Assembly: GCA_965644265.1 (NCBI GenBank) | Contig: OZ286477.1 | Location: 20,026,001-20,090,000, forward strand | Origin: Glycera tridactyla | Lineage: Eukaryota | DNA: 64,000 nt | Reading direction: 5' to 3' | In this document: in pieces, positions 1 to 12,500 of the stretch | Position numbering within the stretch: position 1 is the stretch's first letter | Layout of the letters: every line of letters starts with the position of its first letter | The notes under the pieces: generated by a model | The model's input: only the letters and a program-made list of their open reading frames with translations | Database searches by the model: none | What the model was told of the DNA's origin: nothing | Position numbers and translations under genes: made by a program

Positions 1-650
1 GGGCAGGTTTGACCGTATTCATCCATTTATCAAAACTGAAATCTTAGAATGCAGTCCTTGTGTATTTTTGCGAGATATAGTTAGTGATGATTCAAGCTTT
101 TTCCTAGAAATACAGTCTGTGTCTGACATGCTGGAGGGGGGGGGGGGGGGGGGTGAGTTAGTTCAGATCAGGGTGTCAGAATTGAGGGAGACTGGCTTCC
201 TCATTGAAACATGAGGTAAAATAAACGAGAATATGTGTTTAACATGACCACCGCAAGGTCACTCTTCACTTTTCACACATTAGAGGTGGCCATTAATTGC
301 AGGTTTGACTGAGGTTGCTTAAATCTTGCATTATTCTCTAAAATCAAACAGTGATTTCACTTCAAACACAGTTTGCCCCCATGCTTCAGGTTACAGCTGA
401 GTCATGCAGTGACCATAAACACGTCTCCATAAAATTTTCTCTTAGTTTCTGTTTCATTTTCATCAACCATGTACAGACTTTGATAAAATGAACATTTTTT
501 CTGTTTCTCTTCCAGGTATGAGTCATTCACAGTGCGCATTTATTGTATGCAGCATTCATTGTGGGAATGAGTACATGTGATGGGAGGAGCATGGCAGTAT
601 GCAGATAACTCTGATGCATTGTTGAATATGTGTTTGATTCTGTTTGGTAG

Positions 651-773
651 ATGAAGATCCCGAGTAAAGCGCCGGTGTACAGTCGTGGTTACATGGAGGT
701 GGTCGTCAAGAAACCAATCACTCATGAATACAAAAACCAGCCCCGCTTCACAACCTATGAAATAAGCATGGAG
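651..773 (+). CDS. SNX10/11: SNX10/11-like coding exon 1 (MKIPSKAP...YEISME)
   Basis: tag|ATG start, GAG|gtgagt donor, 41 codons. Confidence 0.8.
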
Positions 774-779
774 GTGAGT

Positions 780-815
<36 letters not shown>

Positions 816-3800
816 TGTGTGTGTGTGTGTGTGGGGGGGGGGGGGGGGTATGTGAATGTGTGTGTGTAGGTGTGTGCAAGCATGTATGTGCTTTTCCAGC
901 TATAGATGTTTCTTTTCCAATGATGGTTGGGAAGATGAGGAAACACCCACGATGGTGGCTGACATGGATATCTGCAGCGAAACCTGTGATGACCAACTGT
1001 TGCCAAATATGGTTACTTTTCCAAGGTATTTGTCTATATCAAATGGAAAAGCTACCCCGAGAAAGTAATATCTCATTGTAGATGGTCTCATTGAGGGGGT
1101 CTCTTGTCACAGGTTCTATTGTCTGGCTTCACTCTAGGATGGGGAATCAGAAAGCCCTTCATTGAATCAGTTCACCAAAACGAAGAATTAATAAGATTCT
1201 CATGCTGGCTCAATTTCTATTGCTTTTTTCTACCAAAACAAATGAAAATAGGAAAATTCCATGTACAATGAACCACCGCTTTTGTGCCATCAAGAAAGAA
1301 AATTACTTAAGGTAGATCAATTAAGCAAATCCAAATTTTCTTTAGCATTTGACAGATTAGCTATAGCTAAAACACTAATCTATAGAGAGAAACCCTGCTG
1401 TATCACACATGTATGACCAGATGGATTTATTACTGTCATCCAGCAGTAAATAGCTGTAAATAACCGGCCATGTCAGCCAGCCGGAGTCTTTGTCTTATCC
1501 AAGTGTTATACCATTGTCTGTGTTCCTGCTGAGTGACTCATCACATGATTCTATAAATGTGTCAGTCATCTTGACTTTGTTGGCCGATCTCTGTCCACAT
1601 CCTACTTGTTATCCTGTCAATTGAGCCTCAGTGGTTAAACTGCTTTCATTCAGATGTGACTCTGGGATTAATTGATTGATTGATTAATTGACTGAGGCAG
1701 GATTATTTGACAATGAAGTTGTGGTCGCTTCTAAAATATTGTCTCGACAAAAATTGAATTGGAAAAAGGATTTGATGTTCATATTCATATATTTGTTTGT
1801 ATTTTTATTTTGGTATTTTCTCTTTGGGAAATAACAGGGTGGATCTTTTATATGCATGCAGCATAGACACTAACTCAGGCAGCCAGCCTTTTGATGAACC
1901 AGTCGGCATGCACTTGATATGTGACTCAAGGAAGAATGGATTAACATATTTAGTACTACGGTGAAACCTGTTGTGAGAGACGACCCTTAATGCCATTAAA
2001 AACTAGTGTTCATACAGGGAAGGTAGCCTACCATAGTTAAATAGACAAAGGGACCATAGAAGATGGTCCCACAAGAGAGGTGGTCCCTCATTAGGGTGTG
2101 TCTCATAGCTGGTTTTACTGTACTAGTTTGATTGACTGTGGCCTGTATGACTCGGCCTGTTTGTTATCAAACCCACTCTAATATATGGAAACACTGATCT
2201 CTCTAGAGATCATTTGAAAAAAATCTACCTCTCTTGTTATTTGTTGCTCCATGCAAATTCAGCCTGCCTCCATCATACAAGCATTCTATTTCTGATCTCA
2301 GCAAATATAGCTAGTAACAGGAAAACATTCTCAAGAACTGTACAATTATTTTTTCATTTTAAAGGAATAACTTGATAACATCTCTATCAGTCTTGTGATA
2401 AAATTGATGAATTCTGATTTTCTGCCAGTAAATGACACATAAATTGGCCAAATGGATTTGGAATTTCTCCCTTGGTTTGTCCTGGCAGATTATCATTTTG
2501 TAGAAATCAGACCAGTTCTTACCAGTTAGACAGAGATGACACAACAAATCTGTCAGGTCACAACCTGTGTTTGGCTGTCATTGTGGCAGACAGCCGAGAC
2601 AAAATACACCTAATGACAAACAGAAGAACTGTTAGGTTAAAAATGAACAGAATGAGGTCTGACGTATTCAATCTGATTGCTGGTATATGTACATCTGGAA
2701 CAGATAATCATGGATGACACCTCGTTTTTCTGATCACAGGGATGGGATTGTTCCGCGGATCCACTGATCTCCAAGTCTTTGAACACAGATGCCGCAATTC
2801 CGCAAAACAGAAAACATATTTCATGCTGATCATTTTGGCTCTTAGATCATGAAAATTGGACCAGAACTAATGGAAACAGAGCACAGAGTTTGAATGCAGT
2901 TGTAGCATCCATTAGTGAGCAGTTGTTGTCGCTGCTCGGTCCTCAAAATCTTGGTGAAAAGGTGTCCCTGGTCTGATTTCTAGGATTTTTGTTTCAAGCC
3001 AGTCAGATCCCTATTATCACTACTGGCTAAAGAATGAAACAGAAACAAATTTTCAACTTAGTAATTTGATTGGTAGCTTCATTGAGTCTTCTGCCATTCA
3101 GTCCTATATTAGTTATATTTGATACGTTTGTTTGCAGACCAACAACCGAGCGTTCACGCTGCAGGCGGCGTGTGTGAGGCGGCGGTTCTCTGAGTTTGAC
3201 TGGCTGAGGAAGCAACTGAGTGCTCATTTCCCAGACATGTAAGTCTCGAACCAAGACAATGCTGGCCGCATACTTCACTTGTCAACCTTCACACTTGATA
3301 GTCTCATCACAATCAGGCCTGGAGAAGGCACTGGACAGTCGGCCAAATGTAGTTGTATTCAAGTATCTACGTGATCACAGTTCAAGTGAATGATTAGGGT
3401 TCTACATTGTTCAGGATATTTAGAAGCCAGCTGGCAAGTTGGAACCTTTGGTAGCCGGTGCAAAAAATTGGTAGCCAGTCGATATATTGTCAATTACATC
3501 CTCTCAAAATTTTAGAGTTGGCTGGCTCATAACTTTTGAAACATGGTAGCCAGAGGGTAAGTTTGGTAGCAATTGGCTACCCACAGGTAGCAACGTAGAG
3601 CCCTGATGATAGATAGGTGTATACGTCACATGTGCCAGTTGTTATTTTGATTTGAAATATGAGAACATTTAAAATCAATTTTCTTGGAGTATTCAAGATG
3701 GGTGGGTTCACTGGCAGTCATGCTTGTTTTCTATCAATACCTTCAATGAAACAGGCGCTCAGTCAGAGAAAGCTCAGTCCAGTAGAGATGGTCCTGAATA

Positions 3801-6800
3801 GTTGTCATATGAAACAGGTTCTCTCGTGGCGTATTGGGTAATGTAAGATTGGTGTTTTGGGGAGTTGGTCTTCCTGAGGAGATGGGCTCAATTAATCTTG
3901 TTCTCTCAAAATTAACATTTACATTTTCTTTGTATTGGTGCTGGTAAGTTGATTTTGTGTATAAATCGTGGATATTATTGTCTATTAGCTCTTAATCCAT
4001 TCCATCTGTATTAGTTGTCCCAACCTAATCTATATCCATCCATGGACGCCAGCTGCACCAGGCAGATTTGGCCAAGTCGGCCATTCATTTGGAGATTATC
4101 TGACTTGTGTAATGCTATCACATGGCCAGATCTCATAACTTCACTGATCCCCCTCTCCTGCCACGTCATCATGTGCAGGAATCCTGCCTTGCTCATAATT
4201 ATGATGACGTGTTTAGAGATCATGGTCTGGTATTGATCTCAGGATATTTGGTCAGATGTTGGGGTACTCAAATGTCCCAGAACCTGCCCAGAAATAGCAC
4301 CAGAGACATCTGGGAAAGTTGCCCAGATATGATGGTTGCTTTTAATGCAGATAATGTTTGGGTGTGGTTTGACTTGATGGTGACCTAGTGCTGTACCTGC
4401 ACCAGGAGATTTCTCGTGAGAAGATCCTTGATTTTATCTTTGATAGTCACTGTCAGCACTATATATATCACCAATTCTTGGTATACATGAAAGGAACATT
4501 GAAAATCCTGATGTAATTTTTAACAGCATATATTGGTATTATTGGGAATGGAATGAGCAGATTAGTCTTTCATAACACATCAAAGTTAGAATCATACAAG
4601 ATCTGAATGACGTAATAAGGATTGTGACAGCTTTCTCGCTGACAGGTGTTATGATTTGGCATGATTACTGAACTTGTCACTTTCTCTCTTTTTCAGTACA
4701 CCCCCAGCTTTGCCACCCAAAAAGTATTTTGGAGGAAAGTTTGATGCTGCTGTCATTGAATCTCGAGTGTTGGGCTTGGAGAAATTCCTCACCTCGTAAG
4801 TGAACAATTACAATTTGTCTCTAGCATTGAATGATGGAGAACTGGAATTGTCTGGATGATCGGAAATCTTTCCACACCTCGCTAATTTAATCATCCGAAA
4901 TCATATATGATTTTCCTTAATTTTCAAATCTGGAGCTTTCGGAAGTATCAGGGCTTGACATTAACAGTTGCCTGACTGCCCGGGGGCAAGTGAACAATGA
5001 TGTCAGGCAAAGAGAATGTTCATTGAGGCTGCCAGATGGGCAAGACACCAGAAAACCTGGTGTCTGGCACTTGTTAATAATCATTCAAGTTGCTTGACTT
5101 TATTTTCGGTTTTTCCCGAACACGCTGTCAGGAGCCTACTGCCCTTCCGGCAACAGTGCAGTGATCGGGCCCACCAACTGTGGCCTGCTTCCAGTTATCT
5201 GGGACTCCACCCTTCTGTGAAAATGATTATCTTGATACTTTTTTCAACCTTTTTGGGCAAGTAAAAATTGTTCCGCGCAAGTAAAAGTATTTCAGCACTT
5301 GCCCGAAGTGCAAGTAATCAACAAACCTTTGCGTCAAGGCCTGAGTATTTAGGGTAGGTTTCAGGAAATCATGCCTCAATGCTGTGGCATCACTGTATAT
5401 ATGAACACAGTGAAAAGCTATTGTGTTATTTCTGTTGAAATTTCCTGTTTTTTTAATATATATATATATATATATATATGTCGAAACGGCAGACAAAAGT
5501 CACGCCTCACAAGGCAAAAGGTCTTCCGGGGGTCATATATATATATATGTGTGTGTGTATATCTCACCACTGCTGCCAGTTATTTCCTCGTGCAGTTCTA
5601 TATCTGTAGGTGGGAAGTGTCAGCTGGAGGGTCAGCTGATGTCAGTTGACCTCATTAGAGATTATGATAAGAGGAAGTGGCCATGTGACGGGAGAAAGTC
5701 CCCATATCCACCCATGCGCCTCCACATGAAGATATCTGCAGCGTTCCTTCATCCAGCAGCACCAGCAGACACACCATGTAGCTATTCATCCCTATGATAT
5801 GAAAAATGAGGCTTGTCTCTTTTAGTTATGTGTAGTTATTGGTGGCTTTCTTGTAGAAGCATGCCAGAGAGTTTTCTTCATAAACTTGCAGCAGTTGGAA
5901 GTGTTGAGCATTACATAAGAGAGTCAATGAGTACATGTGTTCTTGTGGTGGGGGTCACCCCTCCAGGATATAGAGTTAGACCTGGATCAGCGCATGACTC
6001 CCAGCCACAGCGACTTTTGTTTACATTCAACGATAGACTTGGCAAAATGAATGGGTCTTTTTGGCACATTGACACATATTCCCTGCGCTATATTGCATTT
6101 TGTGTGTCCTAAATTATGTGCTCTCATGACAAGTTGCATATGACTGTTGGCCCCATCATACATGGCTGTATGTGCCTCGTTCAGAACTCAAGTGCGTTTT
6201 TCCATAAGCCACAGACTCAGGCTACCCTTAATTATTCATAAGCAGACAGAAACTCCTTGGTTCATATATATCCATGTACAGTCAAACCTGCTCGCGAGAC
6301 TACCTCTCTATAAAGACCAATTGCCTATAAAGACCACCATGAGCTGTGACCATGTTAGTGTTTTAAACAGTATAACACCTTTCTATAAAGGCCACCTGCC
6401 TATAAAGGCCATTTTTTGATGTGACCAAAGTTGGCCTCTATAGACAGGTTTGACTGTATTAATTCACATTCGCCAAGATAGATACATCTCATCAAGTTGA
6501 GACATCTTGATAGGCTGTACTCAACTCCACTGTCTTCATTCTTGGGCAGTGGTTAATCATCTACGAGTGTCCTTGCTCTCATGTCCTCTTGAAGGAGAGG
6601 TTTCTGTGAGAAGTCCATCATCCTCTATGGTTGCCTTTTGCTATCTTATTGTACAGATGATGGTTTTTTTTTACAATGTGTAAACCATAGCTTCTGAAAT
6701 ATTTCATCCATACCAACAGAACATTTTTTTGTGGTGATGTTTATTTTACGATTCAAGATGCTGTCATGACATTACAGCGGGAGGTCCCATGTCATAATGA

Positions 6801-9526
6801 AATGAAATTATCTGGAGTATGTGCGTGCAGCACCACTCTTGACGCCCACCGTCACCAACTCCCAACTCAATGATATCTTCATTGATGTACCAGTATAAGC
6901 ACGACAGTTTACCCTTCTTTACCAAACTGAAATGATGAGTCCTTATATGATTGTAATTTTCCAGCTTTATCAGTCACGTAGGAGTTAAAATTTAGATAGC
7001 AATAGTTCACCTTGATATACCTGTTATCAAATATTATACATGGCTGTAGTGGTGTGCTACTTGAGGAGAAGTTAGATTACTGCATCTGTACATGCACACT
7101 TGGCGAGGTAGAGGGTGGGTGGGTGGGTGGAGACTTGAAAACAGCAGGTCTCACTGTCTAACTGACATATCAGGCCGCCACACTTGCATCATGTGACACC
7201 GAGTGGCGCTTAATGAGGTCCTCCTGATAAAGCTCACATGTCCATGAGCGGCAACACTTATCTACTCGACCAGTTCAAGTGGCTTACTTGAGTTATAAAT
7301 ACAGACAGCTGCTGAGTGCTTCGTGTTTGATATGTTACTTGTAGTCTGGATGCTAATGGAATATCCCAGCAATGCACACAAATCTCAATTATAGCCATCA
7401 GCTCGGGCTACTGATACCCTGGTATATGTGTCTATGGCCATCAGAGAAAGATCTCATCTGCTATCAACTCGGAAATTTCATCTCCTATGTTTTGATCCAA
7501 CACAAGTTTGTTCTCTCTATCATCGGGTGGAGTCGTGACAGTGTCTAATCTCACTTCTTTGTTTCTACACCTGTGTTATAAAACAGGACATACTGTTATC
7601 AACAACGCTTCAGGCCTTTGAATCATCCTCATTAGAACTGATAAGAGTTGGGTCAAATACCCTCACATTTTCATAAGAAACTTAAGCATATAACAGCTGG
7701 TGAAAATGTAAATCTGATGACCATTATCAGGGGGTGAGAGGTCTGGATCTTTCATTGATGTGGCCAGCTCACAAGTGGGGTCTATATCAAGGTCTTACAG
7801 ATAGCATGGATATCCTCATTTGACTATGTTGAAGTCTTGTTTGCCAGCTGCATGTTTATTATGCCCTGTGGTGTGTAACACCGGAGGGGCATTATGTTTT
7901 CGAATCGACCCCGGTGTGGGTGTGTGTTTGGCTGGGTGGGTGTGTGGCTGGGTGGGTGTGTGGCTGGGTGAGTGAATGATGGTGTCCGACCGATAACTCA
8001 AAAACTTTCAGGGCTAATCGTTTCAAACTTGGTATACAGACTCCCCCAGGGTCTAGTAAAACACATAATGATTTTGGGGCAGCCATGCTGAATTTCAAGG
8101 TCACTAAGTGCAAAAAGGTCAAAACGGATTCCAACCTATAACTCAACAAAGTTTCAGGACTAGCCTTCTGAAATTTGGTGTACAGACTCCCCTGGGGTCT
8201 GGTGAGACACCTATTGATTTTGGATTTCAATTGAAGTACAAGGTCACTGAGTGCAGATAGGTCAAAATGGTTTCTGGTACTCCTTTTGTTCAATCGTCCT
8301 GTGACAAGCATCCACTCAGCGGGGCATTCGCACTCACTGAGTGCATCTAGTTGTGCTAGCCTTCTGTTTAAGTTTGTTTGTTTGTTTGTATGTTTGCAGG
8401 GTGCTGGATGAGGTGGTATATCTGTCCGACAGCGTGCTTCACCTCTTCCTCCAGTCACCACTCTCCATTCAGGAGATTCTCGATTGTATCCAGGGACGCT
8501 CAGAAAAAGGTGTTCTAGAAACCATCCTCGATTCACAGCACAAAATGTAAGTCCACAATATTCCTCATTCACCTTCCATAGATTTCAGAATAGGCATCTT
8601 GAGAGTGTGATAATTTCACAAATTCTCAACTTCTGGCGTTGCTGATGTGACAAATACTTCAAACAGACCAAACAACTCAATGTATCTATATATATCTGAA
8701 CTATGGTCAGGTGGGTCATTATTTAGGTGGATAAAAACACCATTCAACCGTTCCCCAGTTCAACCCCCATCTTAGCTGAATCTCTGAAGCACTTCTTGGG
8801 GGCAGTATAATTGTTGTAGAGAGATGCTACTCTTTTCAGGCCCAAATACTTGCACTTTATGGGTGATGCTACTCTTCAAAATAGAGCTATTTATTGTTCC
8901 ATTGCAAATACTGGCACTGCCACTGTTTAACATTGGTTCTGTCAAAGGTTGGCATCTATGGTTGTACCTATGTGATGGTGCTAGCTCTTATAATAGAAGG
9001 TATACATCCTTGACAATTGTATTCAATTTCTCTTCACAGTAGAGAGCCATGTGAGGATGATTTTGGTGAGCTTTGTTCCAAGTCTGAGGACATGCATGCC
9101 GGCAGCCCAGCGGTGATGTCAGCACAATTATCCACATCCCCCTTGAAAGGCTCGCCTGGTATGTGCAGCATCAACTCTGACCCGAGTGATATTGTTGGAG
9201 CATGTTCTTTTGATGAGAGGAACGCGTCACCGATGTGCACCGGTACGCCCACCGTGGTGTGTCTGCGACGTTCACCCATGGGACGTCATGCCTCCGATGT
9301 CAGCGTCATATCCCAGCAGTCAGACAACGACTCGGCTTTCGGTAGTGATCGCTCGGGACAAAACTCTCCGGAAGTCGATGCTGCAGGGAAGAAAAAGGCA
9401 AGACGGGTAACATTCTCATCAGAGGTCACTGTTGCAGAGGTCATTGATAGATTCGAGCGATCACCCCGAGCAGTGAATCTCAGCAGATTACCATCTGCTG
9501 CCATCGCAAGCACGGTGGCGTATTGA
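651..9526 (+). CDS. SNX10/11: Sorting nexin 10/11-like PX-domain protein, 5 coding exons, 318 aa
   Basis: Exons 651-773, 3138-3238, 4697-4795, 8400-8546 and 9040-9526 have GT-AG ends, compatible phases (0,2,2,2) and total 957 nt. The protein carries the PX motifs YEISME-TN..AF....[19 protein letters not shown] and R..GLEKFL, then [12 protein letters not shown], which is the PXe signature of SNX10/11. An upstream exon may lie outside the window. Confidence 0.9.
782..870. repeat. (GT)n microsatellite plus G run
   Basis: Read directly; another (GT)n at 34575-34660. Confidence 0.95.
1959..2120. mobile_element. Tc1/mariner-pogo-like MITE
   Basis: Imperfect TIRs CGGTGAAACCTG / CTGGTTTTACTG, TA on both sides. 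Confidence 0.7.
3138..3238 (+). CDS. SNX10/11: SNX10/11-like exon 2 ([27 protein letters not shown])
   Basis: tttgcag acceptor, gtaagt donor, PX RRF/Y motif. Confidence 0.9.
3395..3605. mobile_element. hAT-like non-autonomous element with 5-bp TSD
   Basis: TIRs TAGGGTTCTACATTG / CAACGTAGAGCCCTG (12 of 15 match), flanked by ATGAT...ATGAT. Confidence 0.7.
4697..4795 (+). CDS. SNX10/11: SNX10/11-like exon 3 ([13 protein letters not shown]...GLEKFLT)
   Basis: Polypyrimidine tract plus cag, gtaagt donor, PX proline loop. Confidence 0.9.
4949..5343. mobile_element. hAT-like non-autonomous element with 5-bp TSD
   Basis: TIRs CAGGGCTTGAC / GTCAAGGCCTG (10 of 11 match), flanked by AGTAT...AGTAT. 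Confidence 0.72.
6279..6456. mobile_element. Tc1/mariner-pogo-like MITE
   Basis: Perfect 12-bp TIR CAGTCAAACCTG, TA TSD, internal ctataaagacca repeats; partial copies at 1-15, 59766-59820 and about 61886-61933. Confidence 0.85.
7855..8352 (+). mobile_element. Helentron-associated interspersed element (HINE / DINE-1-like)
   Basis: 5' atgccc...ggggcat hairpin, GGGT/GT microsatellite, two diverged core repeats of about 140 bp (ataactcaa...aaggtcact), 3' ggggcatt plus palindrome GCACTCA-C-TGAGTGC, ends in T-rich flanks. Confidence 0.8.
8400..8546 (+). CDS. SNX10/11: SNX10/11-like exon 4 ([21 protein letters not shown])
   Basis: tttgcag acceptor, gtaagt donor, phase 2-2. Confidence 0.9.
9040..9526 (+). 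CDS. SNX10/11: SNX10/11-like terminal exon, Ser-rich low-complexity tail
   Basis: tcttcacag acceptor in phase with exon 4; open to TGA at 9524-9526. Confidence 0.8.
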
Positions 9527-12500
9527 GGATGAAACAAACGCTGTGATAGATGGTGGAGCAGTGAGCGGGGGTGTGATGGAAGGTTGCTGCATAATAGGGC
9601 ATCATTCATAAGACTGTACAACCATGGGTGGCCTGATCACATTATAAGTGTGAGATATGCCCCAGAGGCAGGCGTCAATGAACTGTTGCAAGGTTGCCAC
9701 TTCTGCTGGTTGGGAGGGGCAACAGTGATGTTTGATTGCCAGTTTGTGCTGGATTATATAATCAGCTCATGATGTGACAGGTAACGGACTGTCTCCTACT
9801 CGATGTAGGGCAGTGTAGAGCAGTGTAAGCTCGGTCGTAATCCTACTCATCTACAAGGAAGAAGAGTGAAGCGGTAAAGAAGAGGTTGGGGTCTCTTGTC
9901 CTGCACGTGTTGGGGGGGGGGGGGGGGGGGGGGCTGAAAGTACTTGGATGCCAACCTTTGCGGGTGATGCTACTCTGCAAAATCAAGATATTTTTTATTA
10001 TTTCATTGCAAATACTTGCACTGCTACCCATTGAAATTGCCACTTCTTCCCTGCTGCTAGTCTGCCAACACCACCGGAATGCTAATTGATGAATAGCAGA
10101 AGAAGAATCAAACCACAGCATGAATGATGATGAGTATCAATGCAGTGCTGCTGACCTCTACTGGATAGTTTCAGTCAAATCAAATGGCGATCATATTTGC
10201 AGTTAGTCCTGATACTTCTCACTACATGAGATGTGATACCAAATTACTGAGATCTCATTCACCCATGAGTAAATATCTCGCGTTTCTATATTGATGATTT
10301 TTAAGTTAACGCAAACTGATAGTGAGAGAACATTGAGTTACTCATGTATGCTATTATCACCATTGTTATCAAGTTCACAGTTGAGTAATTTGAGCTATGT
10401 GTCCCATGAAGAATTTTGTTAAGTGTCTGAGATAGATATATGAAAATTGTTCTTGTTATGCTCTGACTCATCTCTGCACTTATCAGTTTCACTTCCCTAT
10501 AAAGAAATCTGACTGATAGTGTTGATGTCAGAGGGTGTGATAAGTACATTGTTGTTGATTAGTGAGTGCTGTATTGTGTGGGAAGGCCAAATAAGGGCTT
10601 TCCCATCTTGTCACCGCATGATCGCTCAGTGAATCCCCCCAGGCACATTCATATCGCAAATATATTCTCAATGCTTCTTTACCAGATCTGTGTTTGATAA
10701 AGAAGTAGTTCTGCCAAGGGTCAGACGTGCCCCAAATTATCACCTGGTCAGAGTGCTAGGATTGATTAGTGGTGAAAAAGTGGCCATGTTTGAGAAAAAG
10801 GTAGACAGTCTTAGAGACGATGCAGTCAGTGGTGTGAGAGCCCTGTACCAATAACCCCATGTTTCAGCTCTTCATCACACATGAAGTTGACTCTCTTGAT
10901 CAGGAATCAGTTGTTACACTGAGTCAACATTGGACACTTCACCAAATAATGGACTAGCTTCTCAGACTTATGTTTGACTGTATTATGGCAAGAAAATATG
11001 ACTGTGAAGTAAATACGCGTAAAAGGTAGTACCAATCGAGATGTGGATTTTGCTGGATGCCACGAGGCTGAAGACCAAGTGAAGAATGTTGAAATTCACA
11101 TAGTTTGGTATTGTGTATTTACCTCATGGCCATATATTCTCACTTTCATAAGATGGATTAGGAGAGAAATCTCTACAATGCAGTTCTCAGCCAGCTGTGA
11201 AGTATCACACACTATCACTTAACATGTGATACCTCATTGAGGATGTCTCCCCCATGTGATAATGGAGTAGGTGTTGCTGGTCTGGCAGTGTGGGGGAGGA
11301 GTTGAGCTACCCCCTGCACCTTCCATGTTTGTATCCACTCCATCCCAGGGTAAGAATTACTGGTTGCCTGACTTAAACCATGTCTGCATATCAATCGATG
11401 TAGAAAAATCACAATCAAATCTTGACGATGATCACTGCAAACCAAAGATGATGTATGATGATTTTAAAACATTCTTTTTGTTGATTTACACAAATTTTAT
11501 GATGATGTCTTTGTTTATTTTAAGTTTATAACACTTGAGGGATACCATCCATCAATTTGGTTGCTGGATTACTTTGTTGTTGGATGACATCTGATGACGT
11601 CGATGATGTACGCCAAAATGAGGCTGGATCAGACTTGTTTGCTGTGCTCGTCTTGTTACGAGATTATGATTATGTTGATATGAGAGTAACGGGACTTGAC
11701 CGACTCATGAATATTGATCTCCTGTTTGAGAATGAGGAATCCAGTATTTGACTGCTGAATTCACGCATTTTAACAAATTCTTTAGAAAATTTCATGTGTC
11801 TCAAATGATGACATTTGTGAATGGATTTCCTCTTCTCATAATTTCCTCTCAGGTCATTATATGTGTATCATCTGTCCAAATGGCTCTTATTCACTCATTC
11901 CAGTATATGTAGACAAATAGAAGAAAAGCAGCCTGATTTATATCGCAGAGACCTGTAAGATACAGACAACTTTGAGCTGATGCATGCTGTTGAACCTCAA
12001 ACAAACAAACACACAGACAAACTTGCAGTGTGCCAACAACTAGATTTCTGGAAATGTTGTTGGTATGTTTGTATGAAGCTCGTGAAATCACCTTTATATA
12101 CAGTGTCAAGTCTGGAGGTGGTACTTTCTGAATGAAATTATTGAGTTTGACTCGAATATTGATTCTCATCATGCCAAAGGTGTAAATTTAAGATTCAAGC
12201 CGGCATATGATCAGGGTTGCATCCAGAGCTGAGAGTAGATCTCAGCCAAGGGCATGAATGAGCTTCTGTCATGAGTGCAGCTTCACATATTCTTATGTGT
12301 TTTATCTAGAATTATTGACTCAGGGTTTGTCCACTCTCATGCAGATTCATCTTCATCATGATATAGTACATAGAGGAGTTCTTGTCATCCTTATATTACT
12401 CGGGAAATTGCATCAGCACCAAGACTATTTTGACCAACTGCCACTCTAACTTGACAAAGAGTCAGGCATGCCATCATTTGTGTTGAGGGTGTATGAGAGT

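Noticed and set aside
495-580. Recursive splice site or uORF at ttccag|GTATGA
   Set aside because: It cannot be distinguished from an ordinary 5'UTR acceptor without reads, and it is out of frame with the ATG at 651.
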